Virus record (IMG/VR): IMGVR_UViG_3300025896_001356
Location: 13,161-77,160 of that record
DNA length: 64,000 bases
Reading direction: 5' to 3' (one strand)
Source: a virus
Positions 38,813 to 47,957 of this stretch are shown one piece after another. The translations under genes and the position numbers were made by a program. Position 1 is the first letter of the stretch. Each line of letters opens with the position of its first letter. The notes beneath the pieces are model-generated. The model was not told where the DNA came from. It ran no database searches and worked only from the letters and a program-made list of their open reading frames with translations.

Positions 38813-39380
38813 GATCATTCTAACTGATTGTGATGGTGTCTTACTTGATTGGGAAACTGCATTCAGAGTATATGCAGAGCGGCAAGGTTATGTGTTTGAC
38901 AAAAGTCATGCATCATCATACAGCATTGGCGATCAGTATAGGCTAACACACGAACAAAGTTTAGATTTAATTTCACGGTTTAACCATAGTAGCGACTTTG
39001 AATCGCTGCCTCCTTGGCGTGATGCACAAGAAGTAGTTAAACAACTTGTAAGTGAAGGATGGCAGCTTGTTGTAATTACCACGGCCGGAACACATCCATG
39101 GACATATGGTTTGCGTATGACTAATCTTGAGAATGTATTTGGCAAAGATGCGATCCGTTCGTTACATGTATTGCCTTTGCATGGCGATAAGGGTGTAGAA
39201 CTTATCAAGTACAAAGATACTGGATTGTATTGGATTGAAGACAAGTTAAGCAATGCCGAGTTGGGTCCATGGTTTGGACTTAAATCAATATTAATGACTG
39301 CTGAATATAATAAGAATTACACGGGCCCTATTCCACGAGTAAATAACTGGAAAGACATTTATAGGATTATCAATTCATGA
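38805..39380 (+). CDS. HAD-superfamily nucleotidase-like protein
   Basis: TDCDGVLLDW, WIEDK. Confidence 0.8.
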   Translation: MDKIILTDCDGVLLDWETAFRVYAERQGYVFDKSHASSYSIGDQYRLTHEQSLDLISRFNHSSDFESLPPWRDAQEVVKQLVSEGWQLVVITTAGTHPWTYGLRMTNLENVFGKDAIRSLHVLPLHGDKGVELIKYKDTGLYWIEDKLSNAELGPWFGLKSILMTAEYNKNYTGPIPRVNNWKDIYRIINS

Positions 39381-40186
39381 CATTCAGAGACCCGGCACTA
39401 CTTAGAACATTCCCCAAAGAACTCGAGCCTTATAAGAGTTTAATTTTCTGCCCGCTAGATTTGCCACCACCACCAGAGTTTGACGAGAGCAGATTATTTG
39501 CATATATTGCAATGCGAGATGAGCGTGATAGAGGTACACTTGCTGGATCAGTTTCAGGTGCAACAGGTCCCATATCATTACAAAGCCCATGGCTACGTTA
39601 TACTGCATCGTGGTCAAAGGAAAAGAATACTTACCCGTGGAGATTGTTACACTTGATGCGAAGTGATTTTGCAGAAGATGGCTGGGAATTTTATGATGAG
39701 TTTAAGCAGTGGTGTCCCGACCTTGCAGCTTACTTTGAGAGTTTGCCAGTTAGTGAATTTTACACAATGTCGTTGCTTAATCAAAAGGCAGGTACCGATG
39801 TTGGTATTCACACCGATCCGGATGTTTGGTTTGGTCTCCGCTTCTATGCTGTTAATCGCAGCGATGCTAAAATCTTTTTTCAAAAGGCAAAGCATCCTCA
39901 AGATAAACGCTTATTAAATATAATCCACGATGACGAAGGGAAAATCAAGCAGTTACCGTGGAGCGACCTGGTAGAGGATGAGAGGATTTACGCAAAGTAT
40001 CCGCAGCCTTGTTTCCCGTTCCACTTAACTACTACTCATGCAGCACATGGAGTCGAAGCAGTACCAGAAGGGGTCGAAGATGCAAGAGTCACTGGATTTG
40101 TTATTTGCAAAGTGGACCCGGTTAAGTATGCCGAACTACTTGCCCGCAGTGTAGAAAAATACAAAGACTACGCAATTTGGTGGTAA
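39377..40186 (+). CDS. Putative 2OG-Fe(II) oxygenase-fold protein
   Basis: IHTD...AAHGV...RVT. Confidence 0.6.
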   Translation: MTFRDPALLRTFPKELEPYKSLIFCPLDLPPPPEFDESRLFAYIAMRDERDRGTLAGSVSGATGPISLQSPWLRYTASWSKEKNTYPWRLLHLMRSDFAEDGWEFYDEFKQWCPDLAAYFESLPVSEFYTMSLLNQKAGTDVGIHTDPDVWFGLRFYAVNRSDAKIFFQKAKHPQDKRLLNIIHDDEGKIKQLPWSDLVEDERIYAKYPQPCFPFHLTTTHAAHGVEAVPEGVEDARVTGFVICKVDPVKYAELLARSVEKYKDYAIWW

Positions 40187-40187
40187 T

Positions 40188-40215
40188 GATAAAAGGAGCC
40201 TGGGCTCCTTTTATC
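40188..40215. terminator. Bidirectional terminator between convergent genes
   Basis: GATAAAAGGAGCC-TG-GGCTCCTTTTATC perfect inverted repeat. Confidence 0.9.
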
Positions 40216-40238
40216 TTAGGTGCTAAGGTTATTAGCGA

Positions 40239-41018
40239 TTATTCGTCATCACCATATATGCGAAGTACTTCGGATACAGCAGGATGACGTTCGACGTGTT
40301 GACGTTCGAACTTTACTAATGCCATTCTTGAACTTGGGTCGGAAGTTAATCTGTCGATAAAGTCCGCTAAACCATTTTGTTCAAATCCGCGATCATGTTG
40401 ATTCAAGTCGCCGGTAATGACCATCTTAGATCCTTCGCCAATACGAGTCAATAACATTTTCATTTGGCTAACAGTTGAGTTTTGCAACTCGTCACCAATG
40501 ATAATACTATTCTTAAAAGTGCGTCCACGCATGTATGCAAGTGGTGCAATTTCAATTGTGCCTTCGATTAGCATGCCTTCAATTTGTTTGACATTCCAAT
40601 AGTCACGTAGCACATCCATAATAGGACGAGTCCAAGGTGCCATTTTCTGTTCAAGTGTTCCTGGTAAGAAACCATGCTGCTCGTCAACGCTGACTGCTGG
40701 TCGTGTCACGACAATGCGATCTACTTCTCCAGACTTTAGCTGTTTAACGGCCCATAATGTAGCGATGAGTGTCTTGCCTGTGCCTGCTGGCCCTAATGCA
40801 AATACCATGTCCTTTTTGTGATTTTCGAGATGCGCAAGGTAATCCTCTTGTCGTAAATTACGTGGCGTAATTTCAACTCGTTTATATTTGGAGGGTTTAG
40901 CTTCTTCTTTTTCTCTAAAGTTATTTAGATCAATAACGGCATTGCCGTCAAATCTACGGTCGCCGTTGCGGTCACTGTTACGATCACTCGCTGGAGTGCG
41001 TTTTTGCTGTTTTCTCAT
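40239..41018 (-). CDS. phoH: PhoH-family ATPase
   Basis: GPAGTGKT, TRPAV, GFLPG, YMRGRT, DE.QN, LTRIG, GDLNQHD, RHP. Confidence 0.95.
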   Translation of the reverse strand: MRKQQKRTPASDRNSDRNGDRRFDGNAVIDLNNFREKEEAKPSKYKRVEITPRNLRQEDYLAHLENHKKDMVFALGPAGTGKTLIATLWAVKQLKSGEVDRIVVTRPAVSVDEQHGFLPGTLEQKMAPWTRPIMDVLRDYWNVKQIEGMLIEGTIEIAPLAYMRGRTFKNSIIIGDELQNSTVSQMKMLLTRIGEGSKMVITGDLNQHDRGFEQNGLADFIDRLTSDPSSRMALVKFERQHVERHPAVSEVLRIYGDDE

Positions 41019-41182
41019 CTTGCTCCTTTACAATAACTGGATTGTTGGGCTGATAGCATAAATGTTAGATTTGTTATGTTCAACCCAACCAAGTTAGGTT
41101 GATTCATCGCTGAACCAAAAGTATTTAACCTCGGGGTGCAAACTGGGCAAGGTTATAGCAATAATATGCTAAATATCTTACT

Positions 41183-41743
41183 ATGCCAACACAAGACACC
41201 ATTTATAAGAATCTGGATAATATCCACCGAAGCCCTAACGTAATCGACACATTGTCTGAGATTGACCGCGTTCTAGATCGCATGGACATCTATGCTTACG
41301 AAAACTGGATCAAAGGCGAAATCGTTGACGGCCCGTTTGTTGAGCGTCATTGGGTAGAGCTAACACTTATGTACCCGTTAAAAATGATGCCAAATCCAGA
41401 TGCTGCGATGCGACTAATTAATAACGGTTGCAAAGTACAATTTGGTAAAGATGTACTAACTGTATATAAAAAAGTAAAAGGTCCAGAAGACTTAGAAGAA
41501 GATACAGATGGTAGTCGTAGACCAAAGTTAGTTAAAAAACAAGTATGGTTAGTAAATTTACGCATTCCAATTGCATTATTAGATGTAAGTGAAGATATCA
41601 TTGATACTGATGACATTGATTACGATAGCGTAGAAAATGCCTATGATGAAGAACTTGACGGCGAGCAAGGCTTACAAGATGAAACAAATACCCCAACTCA
41701 AGAACAACCAAATGACAATCAAACAGAAGAAGTACCTACTTAA
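41183..41743 (+). CDS. Hypothetical phage protein with acidic tail
   Basis: TAAATA 7 nt upstream; MPNPDAAMRL. Confidence 0.7.
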   Translation: MPTQDTIYKNLDNIHRSPNVIDTLSEIDRVLDRMDIYAYENWIKGEIVDGPFVERHWVELTLMYPLKMMPNPDAAMRLINNGCKVQFGKDVLTVYKKVKGPEDLEEDTDGSRRPKLVKKQVWLVNLRIPIALLDVSEDIIDTDDIDYDSVENAYDEELDGEQGLQDETNTPTQEQPNDNQTEEVPT

Positions 41744-42203
41744 AGAAAGCCTCAGAGCCGGCGACTTACGCGACACTATTGCTGCGTTGGTTGAGATCGA
41801 CCGCTATAAACCAAAACTTGGTACAGAGTCAGACACTGTTGTACTTTGTTTTAAAGCAGATACAATCGAAGCTGCTACTGATCTCGGAGCCTTCTTAGAA
41901 TGGTCCGCTGCTGGAATCGAAGATGTTGAAGTCAGTGATGCCGGGGACAAAGAAGGAAAGTTTCACGTTTATTGTGAGATCCAACGTTTACCGGGTATTA
42001 ATCAAAAGATCCTTAACATTGTTAAAGATGCCGAACATACAACTGGCCCACAAGATTGGAAGTTTGTGGCAATGGATGGCCGTCGTGCAGACTTGACATT
42101 AGGCGAATTAAATGCTACAATTATACAAGATCCAAAACTATATGACTTACCACCAGAAAGTCGAGAGTTTTATCTACGTATGAAAAATTTAAGTAATTAC
42201 TAA
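41712..42203 (+). CDS. Hypothetical phage protein
   Basis: [17 protein letters not shown]. Confidence 0.7.
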   Translation: MTIKQKKYLLKESLRAGDLRDTIAALVEIDRYKPKLGTESDTVVLCFKADTIEAATDLGAFLEWSAAGIEDVEVSDAGDKEGKFHVYCEIQRLPGINQKILNIVKDAEHTTGPQDWKFVAMDGRRADLTLGELNATIIQDPKLYDLPPESREFYLRMKNLSNY

Positions 42204-42219
42204 CCATAAAGTTATTATA

Positions 42220-42441
42220 GTGGCAAAAGAGACCGGTTTCGTTATTAAGGGAAGTGTAGTTGAAACTCTTCCAAATGCAATCTTTAAAGTTCAACTGGAA
42301 AGTGGACCTATTATACTAGGACACTTGTCGGGTAAGATGCGCACCAATAGAATTACCATAATTCTAGGCGATGCAGTAGACATTGAGATGAGTCCGTATG
42401 ATCTTACCAAAGGTCGTATTGTATACCGACATAAGTCATAA
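42220..42441 (+). CDS. infA: Translation initiation factor IF-1
   Basis: [29 protein letters not shown]. Confidence 0.95.
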   Translation: MAKETGFVIKGSVVETLPNAIFKVQLESGPIILGHLSGKMRTNRITIILGDAVDIEMSPYDLTKGRIVYRHKS

Positions 42442-42452
42442 CTAATAGATAT

Positions 42453-42890
42453 ATGTGGATACTAAACTGGTTACCTGATTTTGTATTTCACCTGATTCTA
42501 ATTGCAGGTGTCTTTGCTCTATTGGCCAGTTGGGTGCTGAAGTTTATTCCTTTCATTACAACGTATCGTTTACCAATACAAGTTGCAGGCATATTACTAA
42601 CAGTGCTTGGTGTATGGTATGAAGGTGGTATTGCAAAGGACAATGAGTGGAAAGTTCGCGTTGCAGAACTCGAAGTTAAAGTTGCACAAGCAGAAGCAAA
42701 ATCTGCAACTGAAAATGTTAAAATTGTCACTAAAGTTGTTAAGCAATTAGAACTTGTTCGTACACGCGGCAACGATGTTATTCAATATGTCGATCGTGAA
42801 ATTGTAAAATACGACAACGTTTGCCCAATTCCAAAAGAAGTTGTCAAAGCACATAACATGGCTGCTGAACGAGTAGGAGAAGCAAAATGA
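42453..42890 (+). CDS. Putative i-spanin (Rz-like)
   Basis: N-terminal TMs and a coiled coil; overlaps a lipoprotein gene. Confidence 0.65.
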   Translation: MWILNWLPDFVFHLILIAGVFALLASWVLKFIPFITTYRLPIQVAGILLTVLGVWYEGGIAKDNEWKVRVAELEVKVAQAEAKSATENVKIVTKVVKQLELVRTRGNDVIQYVDREIVKYDNVCPIPKEVVKAHNMAAERVGEAK

Positions 42891-43153
42891 AATATATAAT
42901 CGTTGCACTTGCTATTTTATTGTCTGGTTGTAGCACTGTTGTACCAATTGCGGCAAAGTTTCCAGAGGCACCATCAATTATTATGGAACGTTGCCCTGAT
43001 CTTAAAAAGATAGAAACCGATACAACTGTTATGAGTATACTAACCAAAACTGTAACTGAAAACTATACTACGTATTACGAATGTGCAGTTAAAGTAGATG
43101 CGTTCCGAAAATGGTACGAAACACAAAAAGCCATCTTTGAGAACCTCAACTAA
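42887..43153 (+). CDS. Putative o-spanin lipoprotein (Rz1-like)
   Basis: LLSGC lipobox, Pro-rich, two further Cys. Confidence 0.7.
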   Translation: MKYIIVALAILLSGCSTVVPIAAKFPEAPSIIMERCPDLKKIETDTTVMSILTKTVTENYTTYYECAVKVDAFRKWYETQKAIFENLN

Positions 43154-43207
43154 TCATCCTTATCAATCAACAATTTTAATCGGTACTAGCAGTACCTTGG
43201 ACAAGTT

Positions 43208-44008
43208 ATGAACTACCATAAAGTTCTTGGTTTAGATACATCTGCTACAGTAGATGAAGTCAAACAAGCATACCGCAAATTAGCAATGAAACATCACCCC
43301 GATCGTGGCGGCGATGAAAACGAATTTAAAAAAATCAAAGAAGCATACGAAAAATTGACAGCACCAGGTGGTGGACCAGATACAGGTGATTTTGATGACT
43401 TACATGAATTTTTTAAACAGGGTCAACGTGCTGGCCGACACAATTGGTCATTTAGTAACGGATGGGATTCGGAGCCCGAGCAGGTAAAAAATCCTGATGT
43501 TAATATTGCAATACCATGTTCGCTTGAAGAAGCGCATACTGGCTTTACTAAGCAAGTTGAATTTACTTTGCCAGATGCCAATGTAAAAAATATGACTGTG
43601 ACCTTCCCCGCAGGATGCACAGGTGATATTAAAATAAAATATGCAGGTGAAGGTGGAAGACTAATAACCTCTAGGCCACCAGGTGACTTATATGTTAAAT
43701 TAAACATTGCATCCCATCCAATTTGGCGTATCCAGGGCCAGGATCTGTTTGCAACACTTCAAATAAATGTATGGCAAGCCATGTTTGGTGCAACTGTAAA
43801 GTTAACTGACATAAGCGGAACTGAAATAGAAATAACAATTCCAGCAGGCACACAATCAAGATCGCAACTTAGACTCAAAGGTAAAGGATTCAATGTTAGA
43901 GGTTCAATAGCTCGGTATAACGCATTTTTAGAAATTGTAGTGATCATCCCGGCGTTAACCGAAGATGATCTTATTAAGACAATCGTTGACTTAAAAGAGA
44001 AATTATAG
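43208..44008 (+). CDS. DnaJ/CbpA-type J-domain protein (no zinc finger)
   Basis: KHHPDRGG; C-terminal GDLYV, IPAGTQ, LKGKG. Confidence 0.92.
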   Translation: MNYHKVLGLDTSATVDEVKQAYRKLAMKHHPDRGGDENEFKKIKEAYEKLTAPGGGPDTGDFDDLHEFFKQGQRAGRHNWSFSNGWDSEPEQVKNPDVNIAIPCSLEEAHTGFTKQVEFTLPDANVKNMTVTFPAGCTGDIKIKYAGEGGRLITSRPPGDLYVKLNIASHPIWRIQGQDLFATLQINVWQAMFGATVKLTDISGTEIEITIPAGTQSRSQLRLKGKGFNVRGSIARYNAFLEIVVIIPALTEDDLIKTIVDLKEKL

Positions 44009-44014
44009 TATAAT
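43986..44014 (+). promoter_or_regulatory. sigma70 promoter; leaderless def
   Basis: TTGACT-17-TATAAT with the ATG 6 nt downstream. Confidence 0.75.
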
Positions 44015-44020
44015 AATCAT

Positions 44021-44515
44021 ATGTTAGAAATTATCCCTGAAACCCACCCTATCCTATCAATTGAAATTCCGCCTGTTGATCCTGAAACCAATGTAGAACA
44101 TCTAAGCAAAGAGATGTTTATGATTATGTGGCTCAATGGAGGCATTGGCCTAGCTGCCCCTCAAGTTGGAATGGCTGTACGTATGTTTGTTATGGGTCCA
44201 CAAGAAGGCCCAAACTACGTATGCATCAATCCTGAAATTGTTGCAACAAGTGAGGATCAAACTATCGCCTTAGAAGGGTGTTTATCGTACCCTGCCTTGT
44301 GGTTAAATATCAAGAGGCCAAGTTGGGTGCAAGCAAGATACACTACACTCGACGGGCAAGTGGTAGAGAAGAAGTTTGAAGGATTGTTGGCAAGATGCTA
44401 CATTCATGAGTTAGAACATCTTAATGGTGTATTATTTACAAAGCGTAGTTCTGCATTGGGACTACGACTTGCAAGAGCACGTCAGCAAAAGAAATTGCGT
44501 AAAATTAAAGGTTAA
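44021..44515 (+). CDS. def: Peptide deformylase
   Basis: GIGLAAPQVG, EGCLS, HELEHLNG. Confidence 0.95.
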   Translation: MLEIIPETHPILSIEIPPVDPETNVEHLSKEMFMIMWLNGGIGLAAPQVGMAVRMFVMGPQEGPNYVCINPEIVATSEDQTIALEGCLSYPALWLNIKRPSWVQARYTTLDGQVVEKKFEGLLARCYIHELEHLNGVLFTKRSSALGLRLARARQQKKLRKIKG

Positions 44516-44516
44516 T

Positions 44517-46730
44517 ATGAGTCAAGAAGAAAACAACGGTAAGATTAATGAAGTGATTGCTCGTGCTTTTCAAGAGGCACTCAATCGTGAACATGAATAT
44601 GTTACACTAGAGCACATCTTGCGTGTCATGCTCGATGAAGATGAGATTAAAGAAGTACTTGCTGAACTTCAGGTTGATGTATCAACCTTGCGCGATGAAA
44701 TTGACAACTGGCTGCGGGCGCAAGAAGACATGCGAGTTGAAGGTGTTACCAAACCGCGCAAGACTGCAACACTTGAACGATGTTTCAATCGTGCATATAC
44801 TCAAGCAATCTTTACTGGCCGTGGCCATATGGAGCCGCTTGATTTGCTTATTAGTATTGCAGCAGAAAAGAATAGCTATGCAAACTACTTCCTGGCAAAA
44901 AATGGCATTACAAAAGATGCAATTATCGCTTACGTATCAAAGTTAAAAGACGGTAAGAGCAAAGAAAGTAAAGGTGCAAAGAAACGTGATAGCGAAAAGA
45001 TTCTTTCTAAGTACACTACTAACTTGAACAAAGAAGCAGAGAAGCAACAGATTGATCCGCTAATTGGGCGCGAAAAAGAAGTGTTCCGTCTAGCACAGAC
45101 ACTAACACGTAAAAAGAAGAATAACGTAATTATGGTAGGCGAGCCTGGCGTAGGTAAGACTGCTATTGTTGAAGGACTTGCTGTTGCTATTGTGCGTAAT
45201 GAAGTGCCCGAAGTTCTTAAAGGTAAAACAATTTATAGTTTGGAGATTGGTAAGCTACTTGCTGGTACCAAGTACCGCGGTGACTTTGAAGAACGTATGC
45301 AGAATGTGCTTGATGCACTTGAAGAACGTGATGACATTATTTTGTTCATCGACGAGATTCATATGATTATGGGTGCTGGTAGCAGCGGCCAAGGTAGTAT
45401 GGACGTTGCTAACTTGCTTAAACCAGCACTGGAAAAAGGCAAGCTACGTTGCGTTGGTAGTACAACATACGAAGAGTTTCGTTCACACTTTGAGAAAGAT
45501 CGTGCATTGCTGCGCCGCTTTACAAAAGTTGACGTTAACGAACCAAGCGTAGAAGAAGCACGATTGATGCTTCGACGAGTTGCTCCATTATATGCAAAGT
45601 TCCATGACTTAACTATTAATGATGAAGCAGTTGATCTTGCAATTGATTTGTCTATGAAGTACATGCTTGATCGTAAGTTGCCAGACAAAGCTATTGATAT
45701 CATTGATGCGTCAATGGCACGTATGCGAGTATCAAATGCCGTTAAAGGCGCTGAAGTTACCAAAGATAATATCCGTCAAGAGATCAGCGACTTGACTCGT
45801 GTTCCAATTGAACAACTTGGTGAACAAAAAGGTGTTGCAGTTACTGAACTTGAAAGCCGTATGCGTACAAACGTATTTGGTCAAGATGATGCAATTGAAC
45901 GCTTGATGAACATGGTGTACATTGCCAAGTCTGGATTGAAAGAAGTAAATCGTCCAATGGCTAACTTCTTGTTTGTTGGTCCAACTGGTACTGGTAAAAC
46001 AGAACTTGCAAATCAACTTGCTGAAGGCTTGGGCATGGAAGTTGTGCGCTTTGATATGAGTGAATACAAAGAGTCGCATAAGATTGCTTCATTGATTGGT
46101 AGCCCTCCTGGTTACGTGGGTTACGGTGAAGGCAAAGCTGGTTCCGGTAAGTTGATCAATGAACTTGAGCGTGTTCCTAATTGTGTATTGCTGTTTGACG
46201 AGATTGAAAAAGCTCACCCCGATGTTATCCAAGTATTACTTGGCTTAATGGATAATGGTATTGTTACTGGTTCTGATAACAAACAAGCCAGTGCTCGCAA
46301 TGCCTTTGTTATCTTAACAAGTAACTTGGGTGCAGTTGATAGCGAGAAACAAGTAATTGGATTTGGATCTGGCTTAAATGAATCTGCAAGTGACGATGCT
46401 GTTAAACGCTTCTTCTCCCCAGAGTTCCGCAATCGTTTAGATGCAACAGTTAAATTCAATCGTTTGCCAAAAGATGTTATTCGACGAGTTGCTGATAAGT
46501 TTATGAATCAAATTCGTGAACAGTTGATTGCACAAAATCAATCTATTACAATTGATGATTCTGCACTTGACTATCTGGCTGCTAACGGTTACAGTGAAAC
46601 AATGGGCGCTCGACCAATGAAGCGATTGATTAACGAAGAGATTCGATTGCCAGTTGCTAAACGCATTATCAAGGACGGGATGCATACTCACCACGTTAGT
46701 AGTGATGGTGAGAAACTTGTAATCTCATAA
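44517..46730 (+). CDS. clpA: ClpA ATP-dependent chaperone/protease subunit
   Basis: Clp N domain (HEYVTLEH), two AAA modules (GEPGVGKT; GPTGTGKT), [10 protein letters not shown] loop, no ClpB middle domain. Confidence 0.92.
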   Translation: MSQEENNGKINEVIARAFQEALNREHEYVTLEHILRVMLDEDEIKEVLAELQVDVSTLRDEIDNWLRAQEDMRVEGVTKPRKTATLERCFNRAYTQAIFTGRGHMEPLDLLISIAAEKNSYANYFLAKNGITKDAIIAYVSKLKDGKSKESKGAKKRDSEKILSKYTTNLNKEAEKQQIDPLIGREKEVFRLAQTLTRKKKNNVIMVGEPGVGKTAIVEGLAVAIVRNEVPEVLKGKTIYSLEIGKLLAGTKYRGDFEERMQNVLDALEERDDIILFIDEIHMIMGAGSSGQGSMDVANLLKPALEKGKLRCVGSTTYEEFRSHFEKDRALLRRFTKVDVNEPSVEEARLMLRRVAPLYAKFHDLTINDEAVDLAIDLSMKYMLDRKLPDKAIDIIDASMARMRVSNAVKGAEVTKDNIRQEISDLTRVPIEQLGEQKGVAVTELESRMRTNVFGQDDAIERLMNMVYIAKSGLKEVNRPMANFLFVGPTGTGKTELANQLAEGLGMEVVRFDMSEYKESHKIASLIGSPPGYVGYGEGKAGSGKLINELERVPNCVLLFDEIEKAHPDVIQVLLGLMDNGIVTGSDNKQASARNAFVILTSNLGAVDSEKQVIGFGSGLNESASDDAVKRFFSPEFRNRLDATVKFNRLPKDVIRRVADKFMNQIREQLIAQNQSITIDDSALDYLAANGYSETMGARPMKRLINEEIRLPVAKRIIKDGMHTHHVSSDGEKLVIS

Positions 46731-47353
46731 TGAAAGAGCATTTAACTCAGCGGCTGTTTTGGAAGAAATGGCCGTTTAAAGCAATTATACAAATTCAGAC
46801 TAATCGTGGCTCATATGATTGGAGACTTACTAAGCTGCAAGCCCAGGCGAGGCGGTCTGAGTTTGTAGTTTTAAAGGAGTGGACTGCTTCGCATTTTCCC
46901 AATTCGGGAACTCGATGTGAAACAAATTTCAGTGTATTTTTACACACTGAAGAAGAACTAAACGAACTGCTTGACTACTACGGACACAAGGTAATTGATG
47001 TTTGGAAGCCTGAATCACAATCTACAATGGATACATTATTAGAGCATACTTTTGATGTTGTCCGTGCTAAGCCATGGTACGGACAATATCCCATTCGTGC
47101 CCGTATTCCGTTTACCACTGAGTTTAGAACCGAAGGCTTTAAAACTTTACAAACATCACTCGAGTCTATTGCTAAAGATGCGTGGCACTGCAATGGAATG
47201 TTAAAAGATATGATGATCCGAGTGAATCCTCCGCGGCTTTATAGCTGGGGGCAACCGTTGCATTTATATCTAAGTTCCAATGATGATGCTGCAATGCTGC
47301 GATTATTGTGCGGCCACCTTATTGAACGATTCGAGAGAATTAGAGCACCATAA
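46730..47353 (+). CDS. Hypothetical protein
   Basis: TAATG overlap. Confidence 0.6.
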   Translation: MKEHLTQRLFWKKWPFKAIIQIQTNRGSYDWRLTKLQAQARRSEFVVLKEWTASHFPNSGTRCETNFSVFLHTEEELNELLDYYGHKVIDVWKPESQSTMDTLLEHTFDVVRAKPWYGQYPIRARIPFTTEFRTEGFKTLQTSLESIAKDAWHCNGMLKDMMIRVNPPRLYSWGQPLHLYLSSNDDAAMLRLLCGHLIERFERIRAP

Positions 47354-47375
47354 TAGACTATCCATCCTAAACAAC

Positions 47376-47406
47376 GCCTCCAGCTAAATATAGTTGGAGG
47401 CTTTTT
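47376..47406 (+). promoter_or_regulatory. Hairpin combining terminator, late promoter (TAAATA at the loop) and sequestered SD
   Basis: GCCTCCAGCTA-AATA-TAGTTGGAGGC-TTTTT, ATG at 47408. Confidence 0.75.
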
Positions 47407-47407
47407 A

Positions 47408-47572
47408 ATGGCAAAAATACACGAAGAACTGATCATAATCAAGATTAGTAAACTATATAAAGACGGATTGAGTGGTGGTACACTCATCAATGAAGACACT
47501 ACATCCAGCTTAGAAGCAGTTGTACAACAGTTAGTTGGCGACGATGTTGTTGTAGAAATCATCAAGGAATAA
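47408..47572 (+). CDS. 54-aa hypothetical late protein (not in ORF track)
   Basis: GGAGG SD; MAKIHEELIIIKISKL...VVVEIIKE. Confidence 0.7.
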   Translation: MAKIHEELIIIKISKLYKDGLSGGTLINEDTTSSLEAVVQQLVGDDVVVEIIKE

Positions 47573-47576
47573 TACT

Positions 47577-47942
47577 ATGAGTATGCGTAGTCAAAATATG
47601 TTAATCGCCAATGGTGAGTTAGATCAAGTTGGTCTAGCTGCTCGCGGCGATGGCTACTATGGATATGCAGGCGGCTTGCATACTATAGGGTTTTATTTAA
47701 AGAATTTTATCGGACGTATCTACGTAGATGCATCCTTAAGCGACAATCCCGGGGACAATGATTGGTTTCCGATCGCCCTAGGCGACTTAGAATTTGCCGA
47801 CTTTGATTCAGCAATGACCGGAATTGAAACATTTAACATTGTAGGAAACTTTGTTTATCTGCGAGCAAAGATCAAGCGAAGTCACTTAAATCAACCAGTT
47901 AGTGCATTAGGTACTTGTGAAAAGGTTGTACTAAGTCTTTAA
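47577..47942 (+). CDS. Putative virion structural protein
   Basis: GDGYYG..GLHT, GNFVYLRA; lies near the start of the structural block. Confidence 0.55.
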   Translation: MSMRSQNMLIANGELDQVGLAARGDGYYGYAGGLHTIGFYLKNFIGRIYVDASLSDNPGDNDWFPIALGDLEFADFDSAMTGIETFNIVGNFVYLRAKIKRSHLNQPVSALGTCEKVVLSL

Positions 47943-47957
47943 GACAAAGGAAATAAT

